Notes: a model not told the origin generated them from the letters alone. A stretch of DNA of 64,000 nucleotides from Chara braunii (GCA_003427395.1 BFEA01000004.1:6182714-6246713); one strand, 5' to 3'. Positions 1 to 12,093 are shown, numbered from the stretch's first letter. Numbers and translations are program-made.

Positions 1-34
1 AGTGGGTCAAGGTTTGGAGATGAAGGTGCTGGAA

Positions 35-72
35 CTGTCTCTTATACACATCTAGATGTGTATAAGAGACAG
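35..72. other. Nextera mate-pair junction adapter (two back-to-back Tn5 mosaic ends), assembly artefact
   Basis: Exact CTGTCTCTTATACACATCT (35-53) + AGATGTGTATAAGAGACAG (54-72); bases 1-34 are identical to 4021-4054. Confidence 0.99.
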
Positions 73-858
73 GTGCGCACCGCCCCGCCCCGCACTGCGC
101 ACTGGTGCGCCGCAACTATGCTACAAAGTAATTGGCATGGTACTGCAAACTAAGCGGCAGACTACGGCTCGGGTGCTCGGCTCTCTCTCAAACAGCCATC
201 AGTGTCTGCTTCTTTGAGACAGAACTACCTAGTTTCAGTTATGCGGTTTAGAAAAGAATGGCGATGAGGCAAGGCTGTTGATCATTGCCACTACCGAAGA
301 CCTGAAAGTTCATTCACCCTAATGAACACCACCACCACTACCGAATAGCTGAAACTTCATTCACCATAATGAAGACCACTGAGCGAATAAGTAATGTACC
401 AGCAGTTAATCAGCTCAAACGATGATTTTTTTCCCCATTTTATCTTCACTAGTATCCCTTACACCTATCAATTGCATACCTCATGGATACTGAATTATCA
501 GTAGGCCCATGCTTGGAAAGACTTGAAGTCTCAACCCCCATATCCATTGTTTGGTGCTCTACGAGAGTCTAATGACTCTAATGACTCTAATGACTCTAAA
601 CCATTTGAGCTAGGATCTCTCATATTTCGTGACAAGATTTCCATTCTTGGTAACATCCCCTACCCATCCATTCCATAATTCAACCTCCACTAATGATATT
701 ATTAATTTATTATCGAAAAAAGCCTAATCCCAAGTGGAATAAGAGGGGGCATTGAGCAGAGGTTGGCAAAGAATCAGGAAGGAGCATCGGAGATGAACGA
801 ACGTGAGTTTAAGGCTTTAAGCTTCAGGAGAAGATGAGAAAAAAGTATGGAAACCCAC

Positions 859-960
859 CACCGCATGCGCACAACCGGCGACAACATATAATACAAACAA
901 GAAGAAGCTTTTGTAGTTCCGATGGCCGACACAGTTATTAATCCAAACGCAATGGTGATC
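859..960 (-). CDS. PAT16: DHHC S-acyltransferase coding exon 3 (catalytic DHHC motif, TM3); later exons not found in the window
   Basis: DHHCVWINNCVGHRNYKSFFLFVLYVVAGCAHAV; acceptor CAG|GAT, donor GTG|GTGGGT; 102 nt, in frame with exon 2. Confidence 0.95.
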
Positions 961-1264
961 CTGACCACCAAGCAACCGAGCACAAAAATAGGAAAATGCG
1001 CAGGACATTGTCAGGAAAGATGCATAAATAAAGCACGAACTCACCCAAAAGAGTCAACGCAGCCGCCACAAGAAAAACATCCATACAAGGAACAAGCTGA
1101 ATGGACGCTGGGCCCGCTTCCCAGCAGCTGACGCTCCCCACCCATAGAACACAGGTATATTTTAAAAAAAAACAGACGAAAACGAAAAAGCTGAACAGAA
1201 GGCAGCTCAGCACACAGCAGAAAGCAGAGACCACGAGGAGCCAACAGAAACAAAAGGATCAAAG

Positions 1265-2038
1265 CAGGGCCACCGACCCCGACCGCCAACGGTTTTGCAG
1301 CCGACCAGTAGGGCCGACCGGTTGGCGATCTGCCGACCAGTCAGAAAACAGTCATCCACTGCTTTTTTTTCAAATCTGAGTTGGGCTCTGTACTGNNNNN
1401 NNNNNNNNNNNNNNNNNNNNNNNNNNNNNNNNNNNNNNNNNNNNNNNNNNNNNNNNNNNNNNNNNNNNNNNNNNNNNNNNNNNNNNNNNNNNNNNNNNNN
1501 NNNNNNNNNNNNNNNNNNNNNNNNNNNNNNNNNNNNNNNNNNNNNNNNNNNNNNNNNNNNNNNNNNNNNNNNNNNNNNNNNNNNNNNNNNNNNNNNNNNN
1601 NNNNNNNNNNNNNNNNNNNNNNNNNNNNNNNNNNNNNNNNNNNNNNNNNNNNNNNNNNNNNNNNNNNNNNNNNNNNNNNNNNNNNNNNNNNNNNNNNNNN
1701 NNNNNNNNNNNNNNNNNNNNNNNNNNNNNNNNNNNNNNNNNNNNNNNNNNNNNNNNNNNNNNNNNNNNNNNNNNNNNNNNNNNNNNNNNNNNNNNNNNNN
1801 NNNNNNNNNNNNNNNNNNNNNNNNNNNNNNNNNNNNNNNNNNNNNNNNNNNNNNNNNNNNATTGGGGGCGGGCACGGGGGTGTTGGTGGGGTTATTGGGG
1901 GTTGAGAACACAGAAGAAAACAAAATAAAATTGTGGGGTGCCGATGACCCCCAACGGGTAGGTACCGACCAGCCGACCAGTCGGCGGATCGGCAGCCGAC
2001 CAGTAAAGGTGGGCCGACCGTCGGGGTATGCAACGCTG
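1265..2038. mobile_element. Possible non-autonomous hAT-like element with CCGAC subterminal repeats, spanning an N gap
   Basis: Starts CAGGGC, ends CGCTG; clustered ccgacc/gtcgg motifs at both ends (1270-1345, 1960-2030); TSD poor. Confidence 0.35.
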
Positions 2039-2953
2039 ATAAAAAGAGAAGCAGGACCACAAAACATGAAGCGGTTACGAAGCAAAAAAGTTAGGTCTGT
2101 TTAAGATTGCAGCTGTTGCATCCAAATCCAACCAGAAATGCATCCATCGCCATCATCGTCAATCGTGATGTACACCTCCTTGGTAATACGTTCGCGCCGA
2201 ATTGCCATGAATCTGACCACGTTTTGGACTAAATTCGTACTTAGCATGCACATAGCACCAGTGGAACCTGCCTTTTTTTTCACTGCGCTAACCATTCTCA
2301 GCGGCTATTGGTAGAAACAAAACAGTCTTCAGTTCAGGTAACACACATCTACTTCGGGCCTCGGGAGCCATCTTTGCCTCTCAGAAAACTAGCCCTTCCA
2401 TTCTAGGGCTTACTGCCAACTTCTACTGAAGCTTAAGTGATGTTTAAACTTTTCGCAAACTTGTTAATGATCTGGAGACAATCAAACCCAGAGAAGACAC
2501 AACCTGCTAAACTCTTTCGTGCGAAAAAAAATTGCAGACAGAGAAAGCGTGCTCTTTTTCTCCTCTAGATGCAGTGACAACAAACCACTTATCTTTGAAC
2601 ATAGTTATTACACTCGCTTTGGTTGCCCATCGGTGCCTCGCTGAGATGCCGGCCGCACTGGTGCTAAGATCGGGCCAAGAACGTATGGCCATTTTTAGGA
2701 CTAAGTTCATTCTTGGCAAGCATGAACAAAGAAGCAGTGTGGCCCTAACTCAAGGATTTGGCCTCTGAATGGGTTCATCTCATACATGCAGCGCATCACG
2801 TGTGCGACGTTGCACACGTGCGCTGCATAGCGCACGCGCACGCTTGCGCGCACACGTGATGCGGCGCAAGTACGAATATAGGGTCGGTTAAAAAAAGTGA
2901 AGAAGGACAGGCTGTGGTAGCCAAATGTGCCCCTCCCTTCTGAATAATTTGAA

Positions 2954-3028
<75 letters not shown>

Positions 3029-3263
3029 CCTCTTTCTTTCTTCGTGTTTTTGTTCTTGTTTTTGTTTTTGTGTGTGTCTTGCGCGGGCGCCCGCGTGCAC
3101 ATCACGGTCGCTTTTTCTTTTTCTTTCTCTTTTTCTTTTTTTTTGTGCATCAGTGACAAGCGCATCGCGTCGCGCACACCTCACATAAGCGCCGCAAGTA
3201 TGGTTCATCTTGACAAAATGTTGAGTTGGGTGCCTTCACAGATTTGGAGAGAGGAGGGATGCG

Positions 3264-3354
<91 letters not shown>

Positions 3355-3695
3355 CTTTTTAAATTCCGGAAAATAAGGACAAAGGCTGACGAAACAAAAA
3401 AGCAGCATACAGCTTTCAAACTTCCACAGTATCAGCAAAAAAGCAGCATACGGCTTTCAAACTAGTACCTGTCATGGCCTGAAATCAACATGCTGCATTC
3501 AAAGATATGAACACCACTGCCGTGATTGCGAGTGGCAAGGGCAATGTATGAGCCGTGGAGAGCCGCACCGAAAAAGCAAGGAATGGGGAAGGAATGCGGA
3601 GAGGGGGACGGGGAAGCTGGGGACAAGAAGTGGAGAAAGCAGAGGCAACAAGGGATGGAAGGATAAGCAATATTGCCGCAGCAGCGGCAGCATAC

Positions 3696-3788
3696 CATTC
3701 TGAGCACACAACGGTGACATAGCCGGCAATGATGCGTTCTTGGGGGCTTGTAGTGATGGCACTTTTGGCAAAACCTTGCCTCCCCACT
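3696..3788 (-). CDS. PAT16: DHHC S-acyltransferase coding exon 2 (Cys-rich domain)
   Basis: SGEARFCQKCHHYKPPRTHHCRLCHRCVLRM; acceptor TTTGCAG|, donor ATG|GTATGC; 93 nt, phase 0. Confidence 0.95.
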
Positions 3789-4020
3789 CTGCAAAGACCA
3801 AAGAGGGGGAAAGAGGAATATGTGAATCACAATCAGCTTGAGGGACAGAGGGTAATGATGAAGTGTGTAACATAGCCAAATGTTTATTGAGAAAGGCAAA
3901 CTCAAAAAGAAAAAAAGAAAAAAAAGAAAAAAAACAATATGGCATCCTCGCCTACGTTAGAAATGTCAAAAGACTCAAAACCGATCCTCCTCCTGACGTG
4001 CCCAAGAGGAGATCCAAAGA

Positions 4021-4252
4021 AGTGGGTCAAGGTTTGGAGATGAAGGTGCTGGAAATCGGAAAGACACTAGAAGAAAGGGGTCAAGGTTTGGAGATGAAGG
4101 TGCTGGAAATCGGAAACACACTAGAAGAAAGGGGTCAACATTTGGAGATGAAGGTGCTGGAAATCGGAAAGACACTAGAAGAAAGTGGTCAAGGTTTGGA
4201 GATGAAGGTGCTGGAAATCGGAAACACACTAGAAGAAAGGGGTCAAGGTTTG
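4021..4252. repeat. 57-bp minisatellite, ~4 copies, in the intron between PAT coding exons 1 and 2
   Basis: Unit ggtcaaggtttggagatgaaggtgctggaaatcggaaa(g/c)acactagaagaaa.. repeated. Confidence 0.95.
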
Positions 4253-4439
4253 AAGAAGGGAAGGAGGGGACAGCATGTGCAAAGTGGAGGTTCACAGACA
4301 GGGAACAAGGTAGTTCAGAAACAGCAGTGGAGACAAGTGGGAAGATGGTGATGATGGTCTATTGATGGAGCTTGGACACTTTGTAAACCAGGAACAGACT
4401 CAAGGGTGGCAAGGATAAGGCCTGAAGGGGAGGGACCAG

Positions 4440-4601
4440 GCAAGGGGAGAAGGGGAGCAAGAAGGGGAGAGGAAGCAGGTTTAGAGATGCAAGAGGGGGA
4501 CCATCAAAGGCATATTTAGTATTTACTCTAGGAATTTTGCAACTGAATCTTACCATAAACAAGCTCACATACATCCAGGAACTGTCAGCATTCCCTTGCA
4601 A

Positions 4602-4637
<36 letters not shown>

Positions 4638-4880
4638 GAAGGGGAGGGACAAGGTGAGTGAGAAGGGGAGCGAGAAGGGGAGAGGGAGCAGGTTTAGCGA
4701 TGCACGAGGGGGACCATCAAAGGCATACATATTTACTCTAGGAATTTTGCAACTGAATCTTACCATAAACAAGTTCACATACATCCAGGAACTGTCAGCA
4801 TTACCTTACAGGGGGGAGCATAAGAAGGTTTAGCGATGCCATGCGAGGACAGTTAGGTTTTCAACTGAATCTAATAATAA
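4440..4880. repeat. ~230-bp tandem duplication separated by a G32 tract (4605-4636)
   Basis: gcaggtttag...ggaattttgcaactgaatcttaccataaacaag..cacatacatccaggaactgtcagcatt occurs twice, with a partial third copy. Confidence 0.85.
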
Positions 4881-5078
4881 ACAACGTCACATGCATCCAG
4901 GACAGTCCTAGTGCCAGTATGCCCTTTTTTTAACGAGAAGGGGGAGCAGGGAGGTCTGGAAATATGATGATTGGCTCCAGCGAGATGAACCATACCATAA
5001 AATTGTTTGTCTTTTTTTTCTGTAATTGTGCTTCATGCAAGCAGCCTGCTGGTCGGCACTGTAGTGTCAAAGGTTCTA

Positions 5079-5282
5079 CCGTCTTCCCCCCCAACATAAC
5101 GCATATGCGTCGTATTCGAGTTTTCACAAAACCACCGATGACTCGAATAGAACGTACACGTGTTGTATTCGAATATCGGGGCTATTCAAGTAGAAAACAT
5201 ACATGTTGTATTCGAATAGACAGAGCAAACTATGCGTCAAATTCGTTTACATTGCATATGCGTTATGTTCGGGGGAAGACGG
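5079..5282. mobile_element. Tc1/mariner-type MITE with TA TSD
   Basis: ~30-bp TIR ccgtcttccccccaacataacgcatatg / catatgcgttatgttcgggggaagacgg, flanked by TA on both sides. Confidence 0.85.
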
Positions 5283-5428
5283 TAGTAATGGGTCCAAAAG
5301 AGAGTTCTGGAAGTTAGGGCCCAGTGAGAATAGAAAAAAAAACATTCCAAAAGAGAGATCCCAAAGTTAGGGCCCAGTAAGAAAAAGAAAAATAGCCCAA
5401 AAGAAAGTGCCGGAAGTTAGGGCTACCA

Positions 5429-5540
5429 CCGTCTTCACCCAAATAGAACGTCCGGTCATTATCGCTGCACGTGGACTGAAAGTAGGTCCAACCAAATAAA
5501 TACAGCTATAGTGACCGGGCGTTCGATTCGGGTCTTACGC
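5429..5540. mobile_element. Short MITE of the same CCGTCTTC-TIR family
   Basis: ccgtcttcacccaaatagaacgtccggtca ... tgaccgggcgttcgattcgggt inverted repeat; homologous to 11625-11733 and a half copy at 8150-8197. Confidence 0.7.
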
Positions 5541-5555
5541 TAGTAGGCAAAGAAA

Positions 5556-5700
5556 AAAGAGTTCCAAAGAGAGTTCCAAGAGAGTTCCAAAGAGAGTACC
5601 AACGAGAGTTCCAACAAGAGTTCCAAAGAAATTTCCAAGAGAGTTCCAAGAGAGTTCCAAAGAGCCTTCCAAGAGACTTTCAAAGAGAGTTCCAAAAGTT
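5556..5700. repeat. 11-12-bp tandem repeat (AAGAGAGTTCC)
   Basis: About 12 degenerate copies visible. Confidence 0.9.
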
Positions 5701-7107
5701 TATGGTCCGGTAATAGGAAAAGAAAAATAGGCCGAAGAGAGTTCCGCAAGTTTAGGGTCCAATAGGAAAAGAGAAACAGAACAGAGAGGGTTTTGGAAAT
5801 TGAGAGTCCAGTCCAGTCCAGTCAGCCCAGGGTCCCAGGAAAGACAGTGAAAACATTCCGAGAAAGGCGCCGAGGGCCGGCAGACGCAAGCCAGCAGGAG
5901 GGTACTGGGTACCAGGCGCACAAGCCCACGGGGAACTTAATCATCATGTGTAAAAGAACAATACCAGTTGCCATCAACATTAATTTATTCCATTCGTGCT
6001 GCAGCGCGGTTGCGCAGGTAGTGTGCGCAGTGACGAGCCAGACAAGAAATGCGGCTGAGAGTCGTTGTAGTCAACTGGCGCAGGGCGCCATAGCTGGAGA
6101 CACAGAGGGAGAGAGGGGGGAGAAGAGAGAGAGAGAGAGAGGGGGAGGGGAGGNNNNNNNNNNNNNNNNNNNNNNNNNNNNNNNNNNNNNNNNNNNNNNN
6201 NNNNNNNNNNNNNNNNNNNNNNNNNGAAAGAGAGGGGCCTGAGGGTCAAGAGTGAGAGCATAGCCACCCAGCTTGGTGCATACAATTGTATAAGACTGAT
6301 TTCCGAGCAATTTTGAGTGCCCAATGCCCATATCCCTGCTTTGGTTCACAACCCCCATTCACTGAGATGGGCCTCTTTGTATGAAATGAGATGGTTGCAT
6401 TCATCAGTTTGTCACATGCAAATTTCTGGTCCTTGCTTTGGCACTTTTGTCCTTCTTTGCGACTTTGGAACACTGAGCATGGGGCCAAGGGTACATCAGT
6501 AATTGCCTGGACAAGAACTTACCGGTTGGGCCACCAGCCAGGCCACCCGGCGGCCGTTGTCTAGACCTCCGCAGAAGGGTCGACTCAGGCTCGAAAGTCT
6601 AACAGGGTGAGGCCCTACACCATGGCTTACCTAGGACCTGCACGGTCAGCCACGCTGGACCAGTCTCTTGGGCGGGCCACAGCTCAGCCCAGCTCACTTT
6701 TGGCCCAAGCCACCACCACCAGCCATTTCCCGCACTCTCCGCAGAGCGGAGAAACAAATCGGGGACTGTTAAGGCCCCTGCTTGATTTCCCCCAAAACTC
6801 TGGACCGTCCATCAATGAAGATCAACAGCCTAGATCTTCCGCAAAGTAAAGCTCTTCCAGGGGAAGACCGGGCATTCGCATTTGAATGCCCATCTCTTCC
6901 CTGGGTGAGCTTTCCAGCTGGCCGTAGCCATCATCCCCATCATGGCCATCGTGGACATGACCTTCATCAAACAACAGAGGCAAGTATCTTCTCTTCTTCT
7001 TTTTCACCTCTTCTTATTCTTCTGGTGCTGCTTCTGCTGCTGCGACTGCATGCCACCATCCCCTTCATGCTCCTACATCAGACACCGGAGGCCAGAGGTA
7101 AGTATCT

Positions 7108-7139
7108 TCTCTTCTTCTTCTTCTTCTTCTTCTTCTTCT

Positions 7140-7174
<35 letters not shown>

Positions 7175-7305
7175 AATTATCAGTTGTGCTGCCACTCCCC
7201 TCATTTCCCATCTCCCCGCTTCTTCTTCTTCTGCTGCTGCTGCAACTATCGGTTGTGCTGTCACTCCCCTCTTTTCCCATTGCCCCGCTTCTTCTTCTTC
7301 TTCTT
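7108..7305. repeat. Compound (CTT)n(CTG)n trinucleotide repeat with internal duplication
   Basis: Read directly from the sequence. Confidence 0.85.
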
Positions 7306-8369
7306 TGATTCCAAAGAGAGAGAGGTGTGATGAAGAGAGTGGCCTCTGTGCTGGCAATCCCCCTGCTCCTCACCCATTGCCCTGACTTGCTCTCTCCCCC
7401 ATCTTCCCTTGACTCTACCATCCCCCCTTACCCCCCTCCACGATATTCCCCACATTCATCGTCCCCAACTCCCCCTTTCCCCCCAAGGTCCCCTATCTCC
7501 TCCATCTCTACTGTAGTTCCCTTATCTTCCTCATGCTTCCAACATCTCCCACCTCCCCCGACTTCCCCCGTGTTTCCCCCATCTTCCCCCGACTCTTCCA
7601 TACCCAGCCCCCCTGTGGCTTTGCCTGCCTCCCATCAACTCCCCATCATTCCCGAGCTCTTCCTTTCTCCCATGCTTCTGCCATCTCCCATGTCTCCTCA
7701 TCTCCCCCGACTTCTCCAGTCTCCCCCATCTTCAGCCAATTCACATATTCCCCATCGGCATGATTTTCCTTGCCTTCCATCGACTCCCCATAGTCCCTCG
7801 ACTCCCCCCATGTCCCCATCTTCCCAATGCACAACTCCCCCAGCCCCACGTACTGGGGAAAACAAAAACAGCCCACATTTGGGAACATCTCCGTGGGTGC
7901 GGAAACCCCCCACCGAACCTTTTCGTTTAATTGGCTGACTTTCAGCCACCCGGGTGACCCAGGTTTGGGTTGGAAGGGCCTGGCTACCCGGCCGGGCAGC
8001 TGGGCCCGGGTGACTGAGGTAGCCTTGCTTACAGTTAATATCCAGAGGGCAAGGATTAATCTGCAAATTTGGGCTTATTCAAATCTGCAAATTGCAGATT
8101 TGAATAGGCCCCAGTCATTATTGCCGTATCTAGACTCAAAGTTGCCCAAAATACAGCTATAATGACCGTATGTTCTATTCAGGTGAAGACGGGGGTAGTC
8201 TCCTGGCCCACCCCTAGAAGGTCAGTGTCGACAGGACAAACCTTGGTTGAAGAATGGTGGTCTATGGCAGCTGCATGGAGTCTTCTTCTTTATGCGGCTA
8301 TGGCCGCGAGCCACCAGGTAAGCTTCTTCTCCTTGCACGCCTCTTATTTCTTATAGTAGTCCTCTCCCA

Positions 8370-8453
<84 letters not shown>

Positions 8454-9061
8454 NNNNNNNNNNNNNNNNNNNNNNNNNNNNNNNNNNNNNNNNNNNNNNN
8501 NNNNNNNNNNNNNNNNNNNNNNNNNNNNNNNNNNNNNNNNNNNNNNNNNNNNNNNNNNNNNNNNNNNNNNNNNNNNNNNNNNNNNNNNNNNNNNNNNNNN
8601 NNNNNNNNNNNNNNNNNNNCTCTCTCTCTCTCTCTCTCCCGCGCGCGCGCGCGCGCGCGCGTGCGCGCTCACTCGCTCTCTCTCTCTCTCTCTCCTTATT
8701 ATCACTAGCTATGGCTGCTCTCCATAGTACCCCTACTGTATGTTGTATTGGGGTGAAGAAGGTAGGTAGAGAGGAACAACAGAGAGAGCAGCTGAGTGGG
8801 TCATGAGGTGGAAGAAGCCGCCATATCCATTGTGGGGTGAGATGGCCATAAGCCTGGAGATCTCTAAGAGAACATTGAAATTATTTTTTTGTTCTAATAA
8901 TTCTATACAAAGTTGCTCGTTTTGTTCCACTTCATTCTCCTGTGGTGTTCACACTTGTCATTTGCTGCTTCATTGGTTGATTTCTTCCAATCAAGACTTG
9001 CTTTTTTTAAGCTTCTGTTTAATGGATTTCGCTGCATTTTTTTTCTCCCATCCCTCTTTAC

Positions 9062-9334
9062 CTTTCGCTTGACTTCATGAACTGCACTTCCACCAGATTC
9101 CGCGTCTTCTGTCCAGTCAGGGGGAACAGCTCCTGGGTCTATGCCCACCGCACATGCATACGCAATGAGGCCCATCACCACCCACCCTGTGAATAACGAG
9201 GCATTCAGCACTCCATTGGCCGTATACAAGCCAATCCATGGGTCCAGAGCCAAGAAGATCACAGTGTAATAGACGAAGCCGAAGAGCACGAAAACCACGA
9301 TCACCGGCAGCGAAAGGAACTTCTCCAACCTCAT
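9062..9334 (-). CDS. PAT16: DHHC protein S-acyltransferase (PAT15/PAT16-like), coding exon 1 (TM1-TM2, DPG motif)
   Basis: MRLEKFLSLPVIVVFVLFGFVYYTVIFLALDPW...DPGAVPPDW...VHEVKRK resembles plant PAT15/16 N-termini (SLPV..., DPG, VHEIKRK); 273 nt, donor AAG|GTAAAG in phase 0. PAT15 versus PAT16 is not resolved. Confidence 0.9.
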
Positions 9335-10746
9335 GGCCCAGACTAGCTGCCTCCAGCCCCCCCCCCCCCTTAGGAGCCCACCACGTGTTGACGTCACTAT
9401 CACCCGCCAGGCGTACAAGCCCCACCTGCAGCTACCACACTGCCAACTATGCAGGCAGCGGACAATTTACATCACCAGACATAGGGTCTCGCTCCCACCC
9501 ACTACTCACCAAACGTGCAAAATGAAAATGAATCTTCCGCTAGAAAATGGAAAGGTGCATCCTCATATTTTTTGTCTTTTCTGCATCTGGAGAGTAGTGG
9601 ATACATTCGTCAAGATGTCTAAGTACCACCAAAAAGCAGTTGCTGAGTCTTTACCCAATTGCCCAACCAACATCCTGCTCTTTCAGTCTCTTTACCTGCT
9701 GCCCTCCCTCCCTCCCTCCCTCCCTCCCTCCCTCTATACCTGATTCCTTCCCTCTCCTTCTTTTCCTCCTCCGATCAACGTGCTAGTATCCCGACAGAGG
9801 ACGAAATATGCACCTGCCTGGCCTCCAACCACGTGTGAAGGAAATCTGCACCTAGGCACAAGCGTCTTCTGACTGGACCATCCACTCCCTCCACTCCCTC
9901 CCNNNNNCTCCCTCCCTCCCTCCCTCCTTTCCTCCCTCCCTCCCTGATTCCTCCCTTCTCCTTCCTTTCCTCTTCACACCAACCTGCTAGTAACCCAACA
10001 GAGAACAAACTAAGCACATGACTGCCCTTCGATCACGTGTGCTTGAAATCTGCACCTTCTGACACACGCGCCTTCTGCCTGTAGCATCCTGCTCCTACAA
10101 CCACCTCCCCTTACTCCTCCAACCACCTCCCTCTACTCCTCCGATCACCTCCCACATTCGACCATCGGCAACCAATTCTCCTTCAGAACTGTCTTTATCT
10201 GTGTGAATGAGAGGGTGGTCCACGCACGATCTGGCAAGCGTCCAAGCCGTCTTCCAGCCAAACTCCCATGCCCTATTTGCTGTTATTTTACTGCGTAACG
10301 ATACACACACACACAAAAAAAAAAAAAAACACAACCATAGTCATGCCCCATCATATCATTATATAAGGCCATAGATTCTCAATCTTGAAGTCATGGGCTG
10401 ATGTTGATCTGAACTTCTCTCTTTCTTTGACAAACTTGACCACAGCACCGAAATTTTACTGTGTATCTTTTTTTTTTCCCTCCTAAATTCATAATTTGAT
10501 AACAGAATTTCTCTGGCGACTTGCAATCCGAGCCCGAGATTCCACTCCCGGGGCAAGGTCCCACTTGCACGGGACGGATTAAGAGATTTTCTGGCCGTTG
10601 ATCTTTGCTATCTACGGTCAATGTCGCTTAATTCGTGTAAGTGGGACCTACCCCGCGGTAGCCAGATGTACATGCGTGTTGGGCTCAGGCGAAATTTTTT
10701 TGAACATGTAACCTGACTCAAAATGAGGCAAGTTCTACCGACGAGC

Positions 10747-10928
10747 CTAGCTCAGTGGGGACCACACCCATGAACTGTTGAAATACAGACCTGTGTTCGA
10801 ATCCAGATGATGGAACTTGATGAGAAAAACCAACTACTAATGAATTGCTTGGGGCCGGTCAGCTCAATGATAATATCTCAAGGCTGTCGTCCTTGTTTAT
10901 TCAAAAAAAAAAAAAAAAAAAAAAGGGA
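10747..10928 (+). mobile_element. tRNA-derived SINE with poly(A) tail and 18-bp TSD
   Basis: A box tagctcagtgg, B box gttcgaatcc, A-tract 10903-10924; TSD caagttct(a/g)ccgacgagc at 10729-10746 and 10929-10946. Confidence 0.85.
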
Positions 10929-10957
10929 CAAGTTCTGCCGACGAGCGTTGTTGGGCC

Positions 10958-11172
10958 CAGGTAATTCAGAATTACTATTTTAGTAAATATAATTTACTGT
11001 GTTCATCCGATTGCAATTGGGTTCGAACTTGGTCTGTATTGCGTGTTGGGTTCAGTTGAGTGTATCAACTGAACCCAACACGCAATATCAACTGAACCCA
11101 ACACGCAATACAGACCAAGTTCGAACCCAATTGCAATCGGATGAACAAAGTAAAATAATTCTGAATTACCTG
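10958..11172. mobile_element. Fold-back MITE (CAG...CTG ends, 5-bp TSD GGGCC)
   Basis: Near-perfect ~90-bp arms caggtaattcagaatta...tgttcatccgattgcaattgggttcgaacttggtctgtattgcgtgttgggttcagttga and reverse complement; gggcc at 10953-10957 and 11173-11177. Confidence 0.8.
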
Positions 11173-11459
11173 GGGCCAGTCAGTTCAAGGCTGGAGCCCT
11201 CTTAAAATAAAATAATAAAATAAATAAATAAATAATAAATAAATCAAATAAATAAAAGAAAGCAAGTTCTGCTGACCTTTGTTTTGCCGTTTTTGCTGCC
11301 TTTGAGATTTTTTTATTTTTTTATTTTTTTTTGGTGCCTTTGAGATTCGAGCCTGGGACTTATGAGTATTAAAAAAAAAAAAAAGAAAAAAAAAAGAGAG
11401 AGAGAGTATTTGTTAGCCAGACTTACTACCGGTAGTAGGTCTTAGCCCTTGCAGGCTAC

Positions 11460-11733
11460 CCGTCTTCCCCCGAGCATAACGCATGTGCGTTGTAAACGCA
11501 TACAACGCGTAGATTCCCTTCTCTTCGAATACAACGCATGGGCGTGCTATTCGAGCGGCGGCCCTGAATGCTCTAGGAGAAGTCGAGTTGGGGTGCAGGG
11601 CTTCAAGTTCAGTTTTTAAGGCTACCGTCTTCACCCGAATAGAACGCCCGGTCATTATAGCCGTGTTTGGTCCAATTTTCACTCCAGATACAGGCTCCTG
11701 TAATGACCGGGCGTTCTATTCCGGTGAACGCGG
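11460..11733. mobile_element. Two adjacent copies of the CCGTCTTC-TIR MITE family
   Basis: ccgtcttcccccgagcataacgcatgtgcg (11460) and taccgtcttcacccgaatagaacgcccggtcatta...taatgaccgggcgttctattccggtgaa (11623-11733). Confidence 0.7.
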
Positions 11734-11967
11734 CAGGAGCTGCCATGGCCAGTGAGGCACGAAATGTTTATTGAATGCTCTAAAAAAAAAATCTTAAAAG
11801 AAGAGTAACTCATATTGATCGTTTTCCATTCGAATTTATTTGACTCCATAGTGACCAGGAGTGCACGGCGTCCAGTTTTCTAATGCCAGTTTTTTTTCTC
11901 CGTTTTATTTAAGTGGCTTTTTTTTTTTTTTTTTTTTGCATGCCATACAATCAATTTCAGTTGCCGT

Positions 11968-12093
11968 GAAACTTCCAATCAACTCTTTGAAGATTCCAAT
12001 CAAGTCTCTGAAACTTCCAATCAAGTCTTTGAAGATTCCAATCAAGTCTTTGAAGATTCCAATCAAGTCTTTGAAGATTCCAATCAAGTCTCT
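11968..12093. repeat. 21-bp minisatellite, 6 copies
   Basis: Unit gaagattccaatcaagtcttt repeated head to tail, no spacers. Confidence 0.95.

Noticed and set aside
35-72. Tn5/IS50 transposon ends or horizontal transfer
   Set aside because: Exact synthetic mosaic-end pair with mate-pair geometry; a library artefact.
3863-4351. 162-aa ORF with a 19-aa repeat (GQGLEMKVLEIGKTLEER)
   Set aside because: Translation of an intronic 57-bp minisatellite antisense to the PAT gene; no other coding evidence.
4605-4636. G32 tract as a functional G-quadruplex
   Set aside because: Homopolymer length is unreliable in short-read assemblies, and the duplicate copy has only G6.
6510-8026. Single ~1.5-kb DNA transposon bounded by CAAG/CTTG
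   Set aside because: GC-rich ends are suggestive, but there is no convincing TIR or TSD.
11968-12093. CRISPR-like arrays (also 4021-4252, 5556-5700, 44000-45050)
   Set aside because: Head-to-tail repeats with no unique spacers, or low-complexity spacers; no cas genes; eukaryotic context.
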